This document shows positions 63,505-64,000 of a DNA stretch of 64,000 bases, in pieces. A program made the position numbers and the translations under genes. How positions within the stretch are numbered: the first letter of the stretch is position 1; each line of letters starts with the position of its first letter. The stretch lies in assembly GCA_963676565.1 (NCBI GenBank), contig OY781089.1:2816001-2880000 (forward strand). Reading direction: 5' to 3'. The notes below the pieces were generated by a model. The model ran no database searches. It was not told the DNA's origin and worked only from the letters and a program-made list of their open reading frames with translations. The stretch comes from Halarcobacter sp. GTDB taxonomy: Bacteria; Campylobacterota; Campylobacteria; Campylobacterales; Arcobacteraceae.

Positions 63505-63843
63505 ATGGCTTTATTAGACAATAATAAAGATGTATTACCATTAGCAAGTATTGCAGAAATTTTAAATGCAAAAATTAGAACACTTAGAATGTATGAAGAT
63601 AAGGGTCTATTACCAAAGAAAAAAGATTCAAAAAAACTTTATTCAATTAGTGATATTAAAATAGTAGCTTTTGTTCACTATTTAGCAAGTGTAAAAAAAA
63701 TAAATGCAAATGGAATAAAATATATAACTGAGATGTTAAATACTAACATGGATGAAAAAAATAGAGAAGATTTTCTTGCAACAGTTGAAGAGAAAATGGA
63801 AAAAATCTCAACCTGCGATATAAATGAAGTAGAGATTATTTAG
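63505..63843 (+). CDS. MerR-family (HspR-like) transcriptional regulator
   Basis: IAEIL...RTLRMYEDKGLL...KLYS..DI..KINANGI. Confidence 0.75.
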   Translation: MALLDNNKDVLPLASIAEILNAKIRTLRMYEDKGLLPKKKDSKKLYSISDIKIVAFVHYLASVKKINANGIKYITEMLNTNMDEKNREDFLATVEEKMEKISTCDINEVEII

Positions 63844-64000
63844 GTAAAATAATCTCAAACCTTGCCCCAAACTCACCATCCCTAACTACTAATTTACCAT
63901 TCATATTTTTATCAACAATAGTTTTAGACATATAAAGACCAATACCTGTTCCATGACTATCTTTTTTTGTAGTAAAATATGGATCAAAGATTTTACTTTT
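63836..64000 (-). CDS. Sensor histidine kinase, C-terminal end (gene starts beyond the window)
   Basis: Not in ORF track. KIFDPYFTTKKDSHGTGIGLYMSKTIV...FEIILPK-stop. Confidence 0.88.
   Translation of the reverse strand, partial: KSKIFDPYFTTKKDSHGTGIGLYMSKTIVDKNMNGKLVVRDGEFGARFEIILPK

Overview
AT-rich chromosomal segment, most likely from a Campylobacterota member of the Arcobacteraceae (inferred from gene content and order). Left to right: (1) 1-13.6 kb, part of a Wzx/Wzz-type O-antigen locus (asnB-like amidotransferase, two methyltransferases, CoA-ligase-like protein, GT4, wzx, KpsS-like transferase, pseC, pseB, UDP-HexNAc dehydrogenase, epimerase, wzz, and an eroded ugd relic). (2) 13.6-27 kb, an LPS core locus with waaL, four GT4s, two ELM1/GtrOC1-family proteins, a deacetylase and lpxL but no heptose genes, interrupted by an opposite-strand MBOAT/SGNH pair. 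(3) ppx, ferredoxin, IMPase, gltDB. (4) A TRAP transporter with two dctP genes. (5) 39.7-55.5 kb, an mcc sulfite-respiration cluster (mccRS-mccABCD-ccsA1) extended by seven tightly coupled genes: two Sel1 proteins, two NosL-like proteins, a small membrane ORF, a LolD/FtsX-type ABC pair and a Cys/His-motif membrane protein; this is the best candidate for an undescribed copper-delivery system. (6) The cytochrome bd operon with an unannotated 31-aa subunit. (7) proVWX with an apparent ATC start, flanked by HsrA/CosR-like and HspR-like regulators. No rRNA, tRNA, CRISPR array or mobile element was recognised. All homology calls are from motif recognition and recall, not database searches.
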